Part shown: positions 1-9,972 of the stretch, piece by piece
Numbering within the stretch: the first letter of the stretch is position 1
Layout: the number at the start of each line of letters is the position of its first letter
Assembly: GCA_964016885.1 (NCBI GenBank)
Contig: OZ024743.1
Coordinates: 258,664,001-258,728,000 of the forward strand
Source of the DNA: Eledone cirrhosa
Lineage: Eukaryota
Direction: 5' to 3'
Length of the DNA stretch: 64,000 nucleotides
Made by a program: the position numbers and the translations under genes
The notes under the pieces: generated by a model
What the model was told of the DNA's origin: nothing
Database searches by the model: none
Seen by the model: the letters and a program-made list of their open reading frames with translations, nothing else

Positions 1-2
1 AC

Positions 3-182
3 ATACAAATCACTCGCATCACACAGAAAACGTACATGACACTAAAACAAAAATTCCCCAAAGACATCGGAGACTTCCGACAAGCACTCTCCAGGAGGAT
101 TTATAAGGACATCCTTCCTGAGGAGGCCACAAGCAGTGAAAAGGATGGAAAAGCCGTCCTTCCCCTACGAGAAGTAAGGTAA
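3..182 (+). CDS. C-terminal fragment of ORF1, copy A (partial)
   Basis: Manual translation IQITRITQKTYMTLKQKFPKDIGDFRQALSRRIYKDILPEE...LPLREVR* resembles the end of copy C ORF1 (KIAQKQYTNIKTKFPNAVGDFRD...RRVYSDILLEE...PPLQKVR*). Confidence 0.8.
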   Translation: MQITRITQKTYMTLKQKFPKDIGDFRQALSRRIYKDILPEEATSSEKDGKAVLPLREVR

Positions 183-216
183 GTGGTCTTTCCCATCTTT
201 TCCACTCCTTTTCAAC

Positions 217-3200
217 ATGACCTCACTCAGAATAGGCAGCATAAATGCGCGTGGCTTGGGGTCGTCATGGAAGCAGGGCCACCTGCTCAACGACCTCAGG
301 TCACTAAACATAGATGTAGTGGCCATCAGCGAGACCAGAATCTCCGAAGCACAGGCTTTCGCACCGATCTTCGGCGGCTACGATGTGTACGCATCTCCCA
401 GCCGTCCGGGATCGGGGGGAGGAGTTGCTGTGCTTTTTCGGAGAGGTTTGGATCTTGCCATACGGGCCATCTTCCTGCACCCAGAAGGTAAGTTGGTGGT
501 GCTGGACGTGACCAGCGGAGACGGCGAAGCTTTCAGGTTAGTGGCCGTCTATGCCCCGACAGGAGCAGGGCGGCCTGATTTCTTCCGGCGTCTGGAGACC
601 TTTCTTGGAACGTCCCGCTCTTTAGTGTTAGTGGGCGACTGGAACGGGATCTTAGATGCACGCTGGGATTGTGTGGGATTATTGGATAGGGAAGGAGGGT
701 GCAAGAGTCTCACCAACCTGCTCAGACGTTTTGAACTGTCTGACAGGTACCGAATGGATTTCCCGAATGTACCAATGTGGACTTGGACAAATCGCATAGG
801 GTCATCCAGATCATATCTAGATAGAGTATTTTGTAGGGAAATAGATAGGTCTAGCATAGGCTGTCCACAATTCAAGATAGTCAGCTACACGGACCACAAA
901 TTCGTGATCTGTGTGCTTGACTTAGATAGGCTTCATAGACGAGGACCCGGCTACTGGAAGTTAAACGCGTCCTTACCAGCGCGCAAGGCCTACAGAGACC
1001 GGATTTGCGAACTAGTTAAGCGGGCGTTGACGGGGGCCATCGTCAACAACAAGTGGTGGTTTGCTCTGAAAAGAGCAATTAGAATAGAGTCCATTAGGTT
1101 TAGTAAGACTTTAGCAATAGAGAAAAATAGAGCAGAGGGAGAATTAGTTAGAAAATTAGATGAGGCGCTTAGTAAAGGCATCGCGACCGACGTACTTGCG
1201 GCGAAATTGGCCCTTGACCAATTCTTCAATGCAAAGCACGAAGGCTGCGTTGTCAGAGCTAGGGTGCGTGCTCTCAGACACGAGGGGACGAAAGCCGTTC
1301 AATGGGCCCGAGTGGCGGAGGCGCGTCGTGGCAACAAAGCCACGATCCGGTCTTTGGTGGACCACGACGGGCGCATGCTACTCGATCCCGGGCAAATGTG
1401 TGAAGCTTTTCAGCGACACTTCGCTCAACTGTTCGGGGGCAGTGGCGGGCCGGATCGAGGGATGGACTTTAGTGTCTACCTCGACGGACTGCCGCGGCTT
1501 TCGGCCACTGAGGCGGAGTGTTGCGAAAAGCCGATAACAACTGCTGAAGTACGAGATGCAATGACTAGTTGCACAAGGGGTAAATCGCCTGGTTTGGATG
1601 GTCTGCCCTATGAACTTTACGTACAAATGCCAAACTTGTTCGGAGGCCTCTTGGCGGACGTCTACTGCAACTGGCAACAGAACGGGAGAATTCCCAGCTC
1701 TGTGATCCGAGGAGCGGTGGCGCTGCTGAGAAAGGATCCGAACAAGGGGGATAACATAGATAATTTTAGGCCCATAACTCTGCTAAACACAGAGTTCAAG
1801 ATTTTGGCCAAGGTGCTAGCAAAGAGGTTGGCGCTTGTCGTTGGTGGTCTGGTGGGAGAGGCACAGACATGCGCCATTCCCGACAGATCCATCCACGACA
1901 ACCTCCACCTCATGCGATACATCGTAGAGAGGGTAGCTAGGGAACCTGGCACGGGTGGGTCTTTGATCAATTTAGATCAGTCGAAAGTCTTCGATAGGGT
2001 CGACCATCGTTACCTAGCGGCAGTCCTGAGGGCGGCTGGCTTTGGGCCCGTCTTCAGAGGCTGGATCGCTGCCATGCACAGCGACATCTGCTCTGTAGTG
2101 AGAGTGAACGGTCACCTTTCGGAACCGTTCAACATCATGCGCTCGGTCCGCCAAGGATGTCCCCTCTCGTCCCTATTGTACGTATTGACTCTCGAGCCAT
2201 TACTGCACAAACTGGAGACGTTGAGGGGGGTCCCGCGCGAACTAGGATCCAGAAGATCCGTGTCAGCATATGCCGACGATGTCACCGTAGTGGTGTCGAA
2301 CGCCAAACACATCGAGGCGATCGGCACTACACTAAGAGAATACGAAGCGGTGACAGGAGCAATGATCAACCAGGAAAAGTCAGTGGGCCTGCAGCTCGGC
2401 ACCTGGAGAGGCAGGTCCATGCCGTCCAACAGCGTCGTCGGGCGCTGGACGGACGGACCGGTTAAATTGCTAGGGGTCTGGTTCGGTCCAGACCTCCAGA
2501 CGGACAAAAACTGGTACGAGGTGACGAGCAGGGTGGCTTCTCTCACCCAGAAATCGGCCGAGAGGAAGCTATCCCTGAAAGGTCGAGCGGAGGTGGCGAA
2601 TGCGTACATCGCATCCGTCATCTACTACCGCCTGACCGTCGTACCTTGTCCTAAGCCCCGCCTGACTGCGCTGGAGCGTTTGCTCTTTCGCTTCTTGTGG
2701 AAGCGACGCGCTCCGATGGTCAGGCGGTCCATCTGCTGTCAACACCCGCTACGTGGAGGGCTGGGCATGCCGTGGCTGATGATGCGCAGACACGCGCTCA
2801 GGCTACGACATCTCCACCTCTTCCTCGACGGTGATCAGGTGTGGTCGCCGTTTGCAAGACACGTTTTTCCCCAGCTCGTCTCCTTGACGGAGCTGCAGTC
2901 CTAGGTCAAGCGAAGACCGAGAGGGAGCGCTTGGAGACTGGAATGTCTTCAGGCGCTCACAGCCCTCGACCAATCGGGCAATGTGATCGGTGGAAACTCC
3001 ACCTTGGCGTTCTATAGGGGATTAGTGGAGGGGAAGAGCGACGACGTACTTGGAGAAACTCTAGGCGTCGACGAAAATCAACTAGCCAATCTCTTCGGAG
3101 GACTTTCGGGCCGGGGCCTATGGACAACTTCCAGAAATCCCTGGCCTGGCAGTGCTACCGAGGAGCTTTGCCAGTTCGGGATAAACTCTACAGGCATGGA

Positions 3201-3635
3201 GGTGCCGTCAGCCGGGCATGTCCGAGATGCGCGCAGGGCGACGAAACCGTCCTGCACGCACTCGTCCAGTGTCCGAGCATTGCTGACTTGTGGGTTTATG
3301 TCGAACACCTGCTGTCACGTGTAGGACGGATCCAACTATCAGCTGAGTCCATCGTGAGGATTGCCCCGCCCCCTTCCTTTAGCCTGGAAGGGCAGGCAGT
3401 TTTTATCTGTCTGGTGGCCATGGCGAAAGAGATAGTATGGTGGACACGTTTGAAAGGGCTGAAGACGAGCACTTACCTCTTCGGTGATGCCCTGATTAAC
3501 TTTTTCAAATTTCATTTGAAAAGGAAAATCAGGGTAGAGAGGGAAGTGCTCTCTTCCCAGCATTTTTTTGAAAGATGGGTGAGAGAAGCAAGTATGGCCC
3601 GAATGAATGGGCCTTCTCTGAGTATGTGTCTGTAA
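217..3635 (+). pseudogene. ORF2 (AP endonuclease-reverse transcriptase-zinc finger) of copy A, disrupted
   Basis: APE motifs SINARG, ISET, GDWN, YLD, TDH; RT motifs KSPGLDG, FRPITLLN, QGCPLS, YADD. TGG>TAG stop at 2902-2904 and a 1-bp frameshift near 3100 relative to copy C; remainder in ORF 3120-3635. Confidence 0.9.
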
Positions 3636-4120
3636 ATTAAAGGTGGAAAACTGGGAGAGGGCACTTGCCCTGGTGGTCAGGGCCACTGTGGTCTTTTAAT
3701 GGGCTTTCTCCACAAATGTCCCTTGGAAGTCTCCCCCCTATTGGGGAATTTTTCTTTGTTATTTTATTTCAACCTCTGTTTTATTTTACACGCAGAAATG
3801 CCCATTTGTACCGTCCTGTATTGTCCTGTACTGTCCTTAATGTCTACTTTATGTGAACCCTTGTGGTTAATAAAGAAAACATTATTATTATTATTATTAT
3901 TATTATTGACGAAAGTGGATGTACGTTTTTTGAAGCTCCGTGAGTAAGCAATTTTTGAGGATTAATTGTAGAGAATTGTTTATTTTTTGTACCGCTGAAG
4001 CATTATAAGACATTAATTTGTATCCTGTGAAGGAATAACTCATAATATTTGGGCCTTTTGGCCCAAATATTTGAACTTTATTTTGGAAAAAAAAAATAAT
4101 AATTTTTTTCTCAAAAAAAC

Positions 4121-6031
4121 ATGGCGGAGCCACGCCCCCTAGAGGCGGGTCTGCTGTCGTGCAACGGCGACTTGAGCGTTGAGAGGAGAGGTGAGGCGAG
4201 GAGCGCCACCAGCACGAATGTGAGCAGCGACAGTGCCAGCACCAACGGGCCGAGCGGCGCGGAAGGTGGTAACAGCGACAACACCAACACCAACAAGCCG
4301 AACAGCGCAGAAGGTGGTAATAGCGAGAGCACCAACAAAACGAACAGCACAGAGAGTAATAGTAGCGACAGCAGCAGCACCAACAAGGCCAACAGCACAG
4401 AAGGTAACCACGACACAGGGGAGAACAACAACAGCAATAGCAGCAGCAACACCAACAAGAACAACAACAGTGACAACACCAACAAGAACACTTTCGCTGC
4501 TGTGGCAACGGCTAAAAGGAGACCATGCTACAGCATCGACTTAACCAACAGAGAGGAAAAGTTGGCCCAGGCCTGGAAAATCATAAATCAAGAGCAGACC
4601 TGGGCAAACTTAACTGTCCCGGCAGAAGCCATTGAGGCAGTGGAAAAAAGAACGGTGCATTTCAGATGCATCTCAGTAGAGACAAAGAGGGCAGCGATAA
4701 TCGCCCAAGCTGACATAGAAGCCGCACTGAAATACATCAGAGAGGACACAGACTTCATAGAGAGGGGCAGGCAATACGGCACCGTTTCGGTGCTGTTCAA
4801 GTCTGAAGCCCTCGCTGTGAAGCATTCAATGACCCCTTGCAAAACCAGCAAGGTCATAATGTACCCCTCCCACATGGGAAAACGAATAGCACGTGTGCGC
4901 ATTCCCAGGATTCCACCAGGACTTGATATGTGGTGGCTCCTGGGTTGCGTAATCGTGGAAGGAACGGATACAGTCCCGGTAGAGGCAACGAGAACTGCCA
5001 GGGACGACTGGTCCGGGGTTGATCTGGAGATACTGCTCCAAATCAGACCCGAAAACGTAAAAACAATCCCGGACCACATCCGCCTCCAAAACGGGAGGGT
5101 GTTGCATATAATGACTGAGGGCAAAAGGCCGCATTGTTTCCTTTGTGGGGAAACGACACACTTGCGAGCCTTCTGCCCTCAACTGCCGAAAAGCGCAAGG
5201 GGTCGAAAGATTCCACTGCTGGCGACGCCGGGACAAGGACCACCAGCAACACCGTCAACAATGGAACCACCAAAATTGCACACCCAGGGGGGAAACGAGG
5301 AAAGCTCTCCCATTCCCCCTCCCCCCCAAAATACACACACGAACAAGAACATAAACACTCACTCAGACACAAACACGCTCACAGCCACAGACCCCTCATC
5401 CTCCAGCAGTGAAGATGAGGGAAAACCAAAGTCCCCCAAAATACAAAAAACAAAACACAAAAAAAAAAGAAATCCACAAAGCACAAACACCCCCACAAAA
5501 AAAAATACACACACCACCCACACAAACATTTTCCCCACAGCATCACCAACACAACCACCAAAATCCCCCAAACGCAAACAAGCTAAACAGACACAAGAAC
5601 AAATAGACACACAAACATCAGAAACTACAGACACCCCACCCACAACAAACGCAGACACAATAGAAACAACACTAACAAAGCTATCACCACCACAATCACA
5701 CGAACAAATAAAACCCGAGCAACAAAACATTAAAAACTTCGTGCTTGCCAGAAGGGCCAACAAGGAATTGATGGCCCATGTAGCACGAAGCACAAACATC
5801 GAAAAAGACGGGGAAACATTTGAAGCGAGCACATTTCGCGTACCAGATAATTTGCTTCTGATGCTAATGTCGCTCGCTTCATACAAAGAAATTCGAAAGA
5901 GCTTTCCTCGGGATGTGGGAACCCCGAACGTAAAACCCACGTCAAGGCTATTAAAGGGGTTCCCAAAAGAAACCCCACAAACCATGGAGGTCGAACCACC
6001 CGACCTTCACAAGACCCCGGAAGGTAAGTAA
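4121..6031 (+). CDS. ORF1 nucleic-acid-binding protein of copy B
   Basis: Ser/Asn-rich N-terminus, RRM-like middle (inferred), CX2CX4HX4C knuckle CFLCGETTHLRAFC, Thr/Pro/Lys-rich linker; homologous to copy C ORF1. Confidence 0.9.
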   Translation: MAEPRPLEAGLLSCNGDLSVERRGEARSATSTNVSSDSASTNGPSGAEGGNSDNTNTNKPNSAEGGNSESTNKTNSTESNSSDSSSTNKANSTEGNHDTGENNNSNSSSNTNKNNNSDNTNKNTFAAVATAKRRPCYSIDLTNREEKLAQAWKIINQEQTWANLTVPAEAIEAVEKRTVHFRCISVETKRAAIIAQADIEAALKYIREDTDFIERGRQYGTVSVLFKSEALAVKHSMTPCKTSKVIMYPSHMGKRIARVRIPRIPPGLDMWWLLGCVIVEGTDTVPVEATRTARDDWSGVDLEILLQIRPENVKTIPDHIRLQNGRVLHIMTEGKRPHCFLCGETTHLRAFCPQLPKSARGRKIPLLATPGQGPPATPSTMEPPKLHTQGGNEESSPIPPPPQNTHTNKNINTHSDTNTLTATDPSSSSSEDEGKPKSPKIQKTKHKKKRNPQSTNTPTKKNTHTTHTNIFPTASPTQPPKSPKRKQAKQTQEQIDTQTSETTDTPPTTNADTIETTLTKLSPPQSHEQIKPEQQNIKNFVLARRANKELMAHVARSTNIEKDGETFEASTFRVPDNLLLMLMSLASYKEIRKSFPRDVGTPNVKPTSRLLKGFPKETPQTMEVEPPDLHKTPEGK

Positions 6032-6060
6032 ACCTTTCCTCTCCCATTCATCCTGCCAGC

Positions 6061-9000
6061 ATGGCCATAAGAGTAGGAAGTTTAAATGTTCGTGGCCTGG
6101 GGTCGCCCTGGAAGCAAGGTCACTTGCTCAACGACCTCAGGTCACTAGGAATGGATGTAATTGCCATCAGCGAGACCAGAATTTCCGACACACGCGCACT
6201 GGCGCCGATTTTCGACGATTATCAGATCTTTGCATCTGTTAGTCGGCCGGGAATGGGAGGTGGAGTGGCTGTGCTGTTTAGGAAATGTCTGGATCTCGAG
6301 GTAAGGTCAATCTTCCGGGATCCTGACGGAAAGTTGGTGGTCCTGGACGTGAGCAATAGCGAAGGTGGTGCCTTTAGACTGGTGGCCGTCTACGCCCCTA
6401 CTGGGGCCGGTCGGCCGGACTTCTTTAGGCGCCTGGAAAACTTTCTGCTTACGTCTCGCCCTTTACTGTTAATAGGGGATTGGAATGGCATCTTAGAAGC
6501 ACGCTGGGATTGTGTGGGAGTATCTGATAGGAGCGGGGGGTGCAAAAGCCTCAAGTACCTGATCAGCCAGTTTCAACTGTCTGACAGGTACCGACTAGAT
6601 TTCCCTAATGCGCCAGTATGGACCTGGACCAATCGCATAGGGTCATCTAGATCGTACATAGATAGGATTTTCATTAGGAAAAGAGATAGAAATAGTGTAG
6701 GATGTCCACATTTTAAAACGGTTGCCTATTCAGATCACAAGCTTGTGATCTGTATGGTCGACCTAGATAAGACACGTAGGTTAGGACCTAGCTACTGGAA
6801 GCTAAACATGTCGTTTCCGGCACGTAAAGCTTACAGGGACCGGGTCAACAACTTAGTTAAGAAAAAGTTGACAGGGGGGGTTGTCAACAACAGGTGGTGG
6901 GGGGCACTCAAAAGAGAGATTAGAGCAACCTCGATAGGATTTAGCAAAGAAGTAGCAATAGAGAAAAATAGAAAGGAGGAGGGGCTGATAGCTAAGTTAG
7001 ACGAGGCTATTTGTAGTGGCATTGCAACAGACGTGCTAGCGGCGAGAATGGCACTAGACCATTTCTTCAATGCGAAACACGAAGGTTGCATTGTCAGAGC
7101 TAAGGCGCGTGCTCTGAGGAACGAGGGAACCAAAGCTGCCCGATGGGCTCGCTTTGCAGAGACGCAGCGTGGAAATAAAACCACAATTCGGTCTTTGACG
7201 GATCGAGATGGACACGAACTGAGCGATTCCAAGCAGATGTGTGAGGCCTTTCGCCAGCACTTTGCTCGATTGTTCGGGAGGATGGGTGAGTCGGAGACGG
7301 CGGCGGACTTCAGTCCCTACCTCGACGGCTTGCCACGCCTCTCGACGGCCGACGCTGAGCGCTGCGAAGAGCCGATAACATCAGCCGAAATTCAGGACGC
7401 CCTTGTCGGCTGCTCGAGTCGCAAGTCACCCGGTTTGGATGGTCTGCCCTACGAGCTTTACGTAAATATGCCAGACTTGTTCTCCGATCTCCTCGAAGCG
7501 CTCTACTGCAACTGGCAGCAGAACGGGAGCATTCCCAGTTCTGTGAGCCGTGGCGTAGTGACGCTGATAAGGAAAGACGAGAACAAGAGGGACACACTAG
7601 ATAATTTCAGGCCCATAACCCTGCTCAACACAGAGTTTAAGATTTTGGCCAAGGTGTTAGCGAAAAGGTTGGCGCTTGTCGTCAAAGATTTGGTTGGGGA
7701 GGCGCAAACTTGCGCAATCCCGACCAGGTCCATACACGACAACCTCCACCTCATGCGATACATCATAGAGAGGGTTGGGTGCAAACCTGGCTTCGGTGGG
7801 GCTCTGATCAATTTAGATCAATCGAAAGCATTCGATAGGGTCGACCATCGGTACTTGGAGGCTGTCCTCGAGGCGGCTGGCTTCGGCCCCGTCTTCAGAA
7901 GCTGGATCGCTGCAATGTACAGCGGCATCCGCTCGGTGGTCAAAGTTAATGGCCACCTCTCGGAACCGTTTCAGATCTCTCGATCGGTCCGTCAAGGGTG
8001 CCCTCTCTCCTCACTTCTGTACGTATTGACTCTTGAGCCTCTACTGCGGAAGCTGGAGTTGTTGCAGGGCATCCCGCTCGAACCGGGACGTAGAAAGGCT
8101 GCGTCCGCTTATGCGGACGACATCACCGTGATGGTGTCGGACACCTCGGAAATCGAGGTGATCCGCACCCATTTGGAGGAATATGAAAGGTTGACGGGAG
8201 CAAAACTTAACCCGGAAAAGTCGGTGGGCTTGCAGCTCGGCACCTGGAGAGGCAAGTCCATGCCGTCCAACAGCGTCGTTGGGCGCTGGACAGACGGACC
8301 GGTAAAGTTGCTCGGGGTTTGGTTCGGACCAGACCTCCAGGTGGATAAGAATTGGGACGAGGTGACGAGCAGGATAGCCAACCTCACCCAGAAATGGGCT
8401 GAGAGAAAGCTATCACTGAAAGGGCGGGCGGAGGTGGCGAACGCGTACATCGCGTCCGTCATCTACTACCGCCTGACCGTCGTGCCTTGCCCCCGTCCAC
8501 GCCTCGCCAATTTGGAACGGCTCCTTTTCAAATTTTTGTGGAGGGGACGGGTCCCGTTGGTGAGGCGGTCCATCTGCTGCCAGCACCCTCTTCGTGGAGG
8601 GCTGGGCATGCCGTGGCTAATGATGCGCAGACATGCGCTGAGGCTGCGACATCTCCAGATATTTTGCCTAAACGGTGAACAGGTGTGGTCGCCGTTTGTT
8701 AGACGGGCCTTTCCGCAGCTCATCTCTTTGACTGAGCTGCAGTCCTGGGTCAAGAAGAGACCGAGACTGGGCGACTGGCATCTGGAATGTTGCCAGGCGC
8801 TCACTGCACTCTGCAAGGTGGGCAATGCGGTCAGTGGAACTTCCACTCAAGATTTCTATAGAGGATTAGTGGAGGGCAAGTGCGATGACGTACTAGGAGA
8901 GGCTCTGGGCGTCAACGAAGTAGAACTGACCAGTATGTTCCGGAGGACTTTCGAGCCGGGGACGATGGATAACTTCCAGAAATCCCTCGCTTGGCAGTGC

Positions 9001-9480
9001 TACCGGGGGGCGCTGCCGGTTCGGGATAAACTCTACAGGCACGGAAGTGCTGTCAGACGAACCTGCCCGAGATGCGCGCAGAGCGACGAAACCGTTCTGC
9101 ACGCACTCGTCCAGTGTCCGTGCATTGCTGACTTGTGGGGTTATGTCGAACAGCTATTGTCGCGTGTAGAACGGATCCGGCTATCGTCCGAGTCCATAGT
9201 GAAGATTGACCCGCCGCCTTCTTTTGGTCAGGAAGGGCAGGCAATTTTCCTCTGCCTGGTGGCAGTAGCGAAAGAGGTTGCATGGTGGACCAGGTTGAAA
9301 GGACTGAAGACAGACACTTTTCTCTTCGGCCAATCCCTCATCAACTTCTTCAAGTTTCACTTGGAAAGGAAGGTGAGGGTGGAGAGAGAAGTGCTGCCCC
9401 CCAGTACATTTACTGAAAGGTGGGTGAATGTGGCGAGAATGGCCCGCGTGAGTGGGCCTACTCTGATCATGCGCCTGTAG
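6061..9480 (+). CDS. ORF2 polyprotein of copy B (AP endonuclease, reverse transcriptase, C-terminal CCHC finger)
   Basis: SLNVRG, ISET, GDWN, SDH endonuclease motifs; KAFDRV, QGCPLS, YADD RT motifs; GGLG; CPRCAQSDETVLHALVQC finger; uninterrupted 1139 aa. Confidence 0.96.
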   Translation: MAIRVGSLNVRGLGSPWKQGHLLNDLRSLGMDVIAISETRISDTRALAPIFDDYQIFASVSRPGMGGGVAVLFRKCLDLEVRSIFRDPDGKLVVLDVSNSEGGAFRLVAVYAPTGAGRPDFFRRLENFLLTSRPLLLIGDWNGILEARWDCVGVSDRSGGCKSLKYLISQFQLSDRYRLDFPNAPVWTWTNRIGSSRSYIDRIFIRKRDRNSVGCPHFKTVAYSDHKLVICMVDLDKTRRLGPSYWKLNMSFPARKAYRDRVNNLVKKKLTGGVVNNRWWGALKREIRATSIGFSKEVAIEKNRKEEGLIAKLDEAICSGIATDVLAARMALDHFFNAKHEGCIVRAKARALRNEGTKAARWARFAETQRGNKTTIRSLTDRDGHELSDSKQMCEAFRQHFARLFGRMGESETAADFSPYLDGLPRLSTADAERCEEPITSAEIQDALVGCSSRKSPGLDGLPYELYVNMPDLFSDLLEALYCNWQQNGSIPSSVSRGVVTLIRKDENKRDTLDNFRPITLLNTEFKILAKVLAKRLALVVKDLVGEAQTCAIPTRSIHDNLHLMRYIIERVGCKPGFGGALINLDQSKAFDRVDHRYLEAVLEAAGFGPVFRSWIAAMYSGIRSVVKVNGHLSEPFQISRSVRQGCPLSSLLYVLTLEPLLRKLELLQGIPLEPGRRKAASAYADDITVMVSDTSEIEVIRTHLEEYERLTGAKLNPEKSVGLQLGTWRGKSMPSNSVVGRWTDGPVKLLGVWFGPDLQVDKNWDEVTSRIANLTQKWAERKLSLKGRAEVANAYIASVIYYRLTVVPCPRPRLANLERLLFKFLWRGRVPLVRRSICCQHPLRGGLGMPWLMMRRHALRLRHLQIFCLNGEQVWSPFVRRAFPQLISLTELQSWVKKRPRLGDWHLECCQALTALCKVGNAVSGTSTQDFYRGLVEGKCDDVLGEALGVNEVELTSMFRRTFEPGTMDNFQKSLAWQCYRGALPVRDKLYRHGSAVRRTCPRCAQSDETVLHALVQCPCIADLWGYVEQLLSRVERIRLSSESIVKIDPPPSFGQEGQAIFLCLVAVAKEVAWWTRLKGLKTDTFLFGQSLINFFKFHLERKVRVEREVLPPSTFTERWVNVARMARVSGPTLIMRL

Positions 9481-9972
9481 GCTGGTGAATTCGAGAAGGA
9501 GAGGGGTGCCCTTCCCGGGTGCCCTAGGAGCGTCGGGTGGCTCAGGACTGGTGGGGTGCTTGAGTCAACCCTGGGTGGTGATCCCTCTTATTGGGGAACT
9601 TTCATTGTTGTATTTTTATTGTTATTTTGTTTTTGTTTTTTTGTTATTTATACTTACTCGATCTCTATGTAAACCCCCACTGTCCCTGTCTATTGTGTTG
9701 TCCCCTATATGTCGGCCCTTGTGGCCAATAAATGAAATCATTATTATTATTATTATTGAATGCCATGGTTGACGGAGGCTCGGCTCTGTAAGGTATAGTA
9801 ATTTTTAACCATTAAAACAATTGTAAATTGTTTAAAACTTGAACCAAATTGTTGATAAAGACACCCTCCTCCTCGTGAGAGGGGTCTTTCTGTCCGTTAT
9901 TTGGCCCTTCGGGGTTAAATAACCAGTTATTGGGGTTTTGTACCCAAAATTTCATTTTAAACAAAAAACAAC

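Larger units (their letters stand above)
1..3907 (+). mobile_element. Tx1/L1-group non-LTR retrotransposon, copy A (5' part outside window; ORF2 disrupted)
   Basis: End of ORF1 (TAA 180-182), ORF2 from ATG 217 with APE/RT/zinc finger, 3'UTR with AATAAA, (ATT)9 tail at 3881-3907; near-identical to copy C from ~180 onward. Confidence 0.93.
3908..9757 (+). mobile_element. Tx1/L1-group non-LTR retrotransposon, copy B, full-length and apparently intact (5,850 bp)
   Basis: 213-nt 5'UTR, open ORF1 (636 aa), 29-nt spacer, open ORF2 (1139 aa), 3'UTR with AATAAA, (ATT)6 tail at 9740-9757. Confidence 0.95.
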
